Of a stretch of DNA of 64,000 nucleotides, positions 62,680 through 64,000 are shown piece by piece; the stretch's first letter is position 1; every line of letters begins with the position of its first letter. The notes under the pieces are model-generated. The model saw only the letters and a program-made list of their open reading frames with translations, did no database searches and was not told the DNA's origin. A program made the translations under genes and the position numbers. Origin of the DNA: Chiloscyllium plagiosum (Eukaryota). The stretch lies in NCBI RefSeq assembly GCF_004010195.1, contig NC_057719.1, positions 77,915,929 through 77,979,928 of the forward strand. The letters are read 5' to 3'.

Positions 62680-63075
62680 GGTCACCTGTTCAAATGTCTT
62701 TTAATTATTCTACCTGTACCTGCATGCACTACTTTCTCTGGAGGTTTATTCCACATACAAACCACCCTCTGTGTGAATGAGTGGCCTCTCAGGTCCCATT
62801 TAAATCTTCCACCTCTCACCTTAAAATTATGCCCTCCGGTTTTAAATTCCTTACTTTCGAGAAAAAAATCTTTGCTATTCTCCCTAACTGTGCCGCTCAT
62901 GATTTTATAAACTTCTAAGATCTTCCTTCAACCTCCTATGCTCCAGTGAACAAAATCCTAGCCTATCCAGCCACTTTTTATAACTCAAATCCTTCAGTCC
63001 CAGTAACATCCTTGTAAATCTTTACTGCACCTTCTCCAGTTCAATAATATCCTTCCTATAGCAGGATGACCAGAA
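62680..63075 (-). mobile_element. CR1 LINE 3' region
   Basis: KTGGHNFKVRGGRFKWDLRGHSFTQRVVCMWNKPPEKVV. Confidence 0.82.
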
Positions 63076-63479
63076 ATATTTTCCATGTTTCTCTTGATTG
63101 GCTCAATGGTTTAAATCTGGAAACATTGCACCTGAAGAGTAGAGTTAAGAAATTCACTTAAACTAGTTAAACTAATTAGATGGAATAAAAATAGCTGGAC
63201 AGACAGACGAGATACTATTCTCTGGAGCAACAGCTCTGAAGGCTGCATTGTCTACCTGGTGCCAAGTTTCAGGACATTTCTTCTGTGTTGGAGAGAAATG
63301 TCAAATGGGAGGACTTCACGAAAAGCCAGCAACCCAGGTGGAACTAGGAAAGAGGCTCTGCTGAGGGATTAAGAATAGCTCCGGGCATAGTTAAAATATG
63401 GACCTACAAAGGTGTTAATCTCTGAATTACAAACTGTAGCATGTGCAAATTAAAGAAGCATTAACAAGATTCAAGAGAG

Positions 63480-64000
63480 ACTTTGATCAGATGGGCCAAT
63501 GGGATGAGGACTAGCAGATGGAGTTTAATTTAGATAAATGTGAGGTTTAGCATTTTGATACGGCAAACCGGATCAGGACTTAAACAGCTACTGATAGGGA
63601 AGGAGTTGAAAAGTGTGGCACTGGAAAAGCACAGCAGTTCAGGCTGCAGCCGAAGAGCAGGAGCATAAAAGTTTCAGGCATAAGCCCTTCATCAGGATGA
63701 TGATGTAGGGCTTATGCCTGAAACGTTGACTCTCCTGCTCCTTGGATGCTGCCTAACCTGCTGTGCTTTCAGAGCACCACAATTTTTGATTTTGACTCTG
63801 CAGCATCTGCAGTCCTCACTTTCTGTCAGCTACTGTAGGGCCCTGGGGATTGTTAATGAACAAAGAGATCAAGGGCCGCACGTGTATAGTTCCTTGAAGG
63901 TGGAGTCGTAAGTGGACAGGATGGTGAAGATGATATTTGACACACTTGCCTTCATTGGTCAGAACAGTGAATGTAGGTGTTGGGATGTCATGTTGTGGCT
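63480..64000 (+). mobile_element. CR1 RT fragment, interrupted by a family A palindrome; runs off the window
   Basis: gcagatggagtttaatttagataaatgtgagg...gaacaaagagatc...tagttccttgaaggtggagtc. Confidence 0.8.
63600..63826. mobile_element. PLE family A foldback mini-element (older), TSD about 14 bp
   Basis: cagctactg(a)taggg at 63585-63599 and 63827-63840; inverted arms around cccttcatcaggatgatgatgtaggg. Confidence 0.82.

Noticed and set aside
5..64000. The many 60-140 aa ORFs outside the listed exons
   Set aside because: Chance ORFs or off-frame readings of SINE, LINE and PLE remnants, with no recognisable cellular protein motifs.

Overview
Eukaryotic, vertebrate genomic DNA, most likely from a cartilaginous fish (shark). 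The repeat content points there: HE1/V-SINE-type and Deu-domain SINEs, many CR1 LINEs, and Penelope-like elements. The window lies inside one + strand gene, a SIPA1-like RapGAP best matching SIPA1L1. Seven internal coding exons (20158-56194, all GT-AG, phases consistent, 1606 nt joined) encode the RapGAP domain, including the catalytic HIGND Asn-thumb motif, and the PDZ domain. The gene start and end are outside the window. The rest is intron, largely decayed retroelements, with one 593-N assembly gap. The most notable unannotated layer comes from three different Penelope-like retroelement (PLE) families. Each carries a minimal type-I hammerhead ribozyme (CUGANGA-stem II-GAAA with a 4-nt palindromic helix III) at its 3' end. 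These ends have also spread as many short (about 100-250 bp) insertions flanked by 10-16 bp target-site duplications. Many are foldback palindromes with a ribozyme on each strand, and several ribozyme cores lie in the sense of the host pre-mRNA. Hammerheads in PLEs are established knowledge. The local foldback mini-elements and any effect on the host transcript are inference and untested. No prokaryotic-type system (CRISPR, operon) is present.
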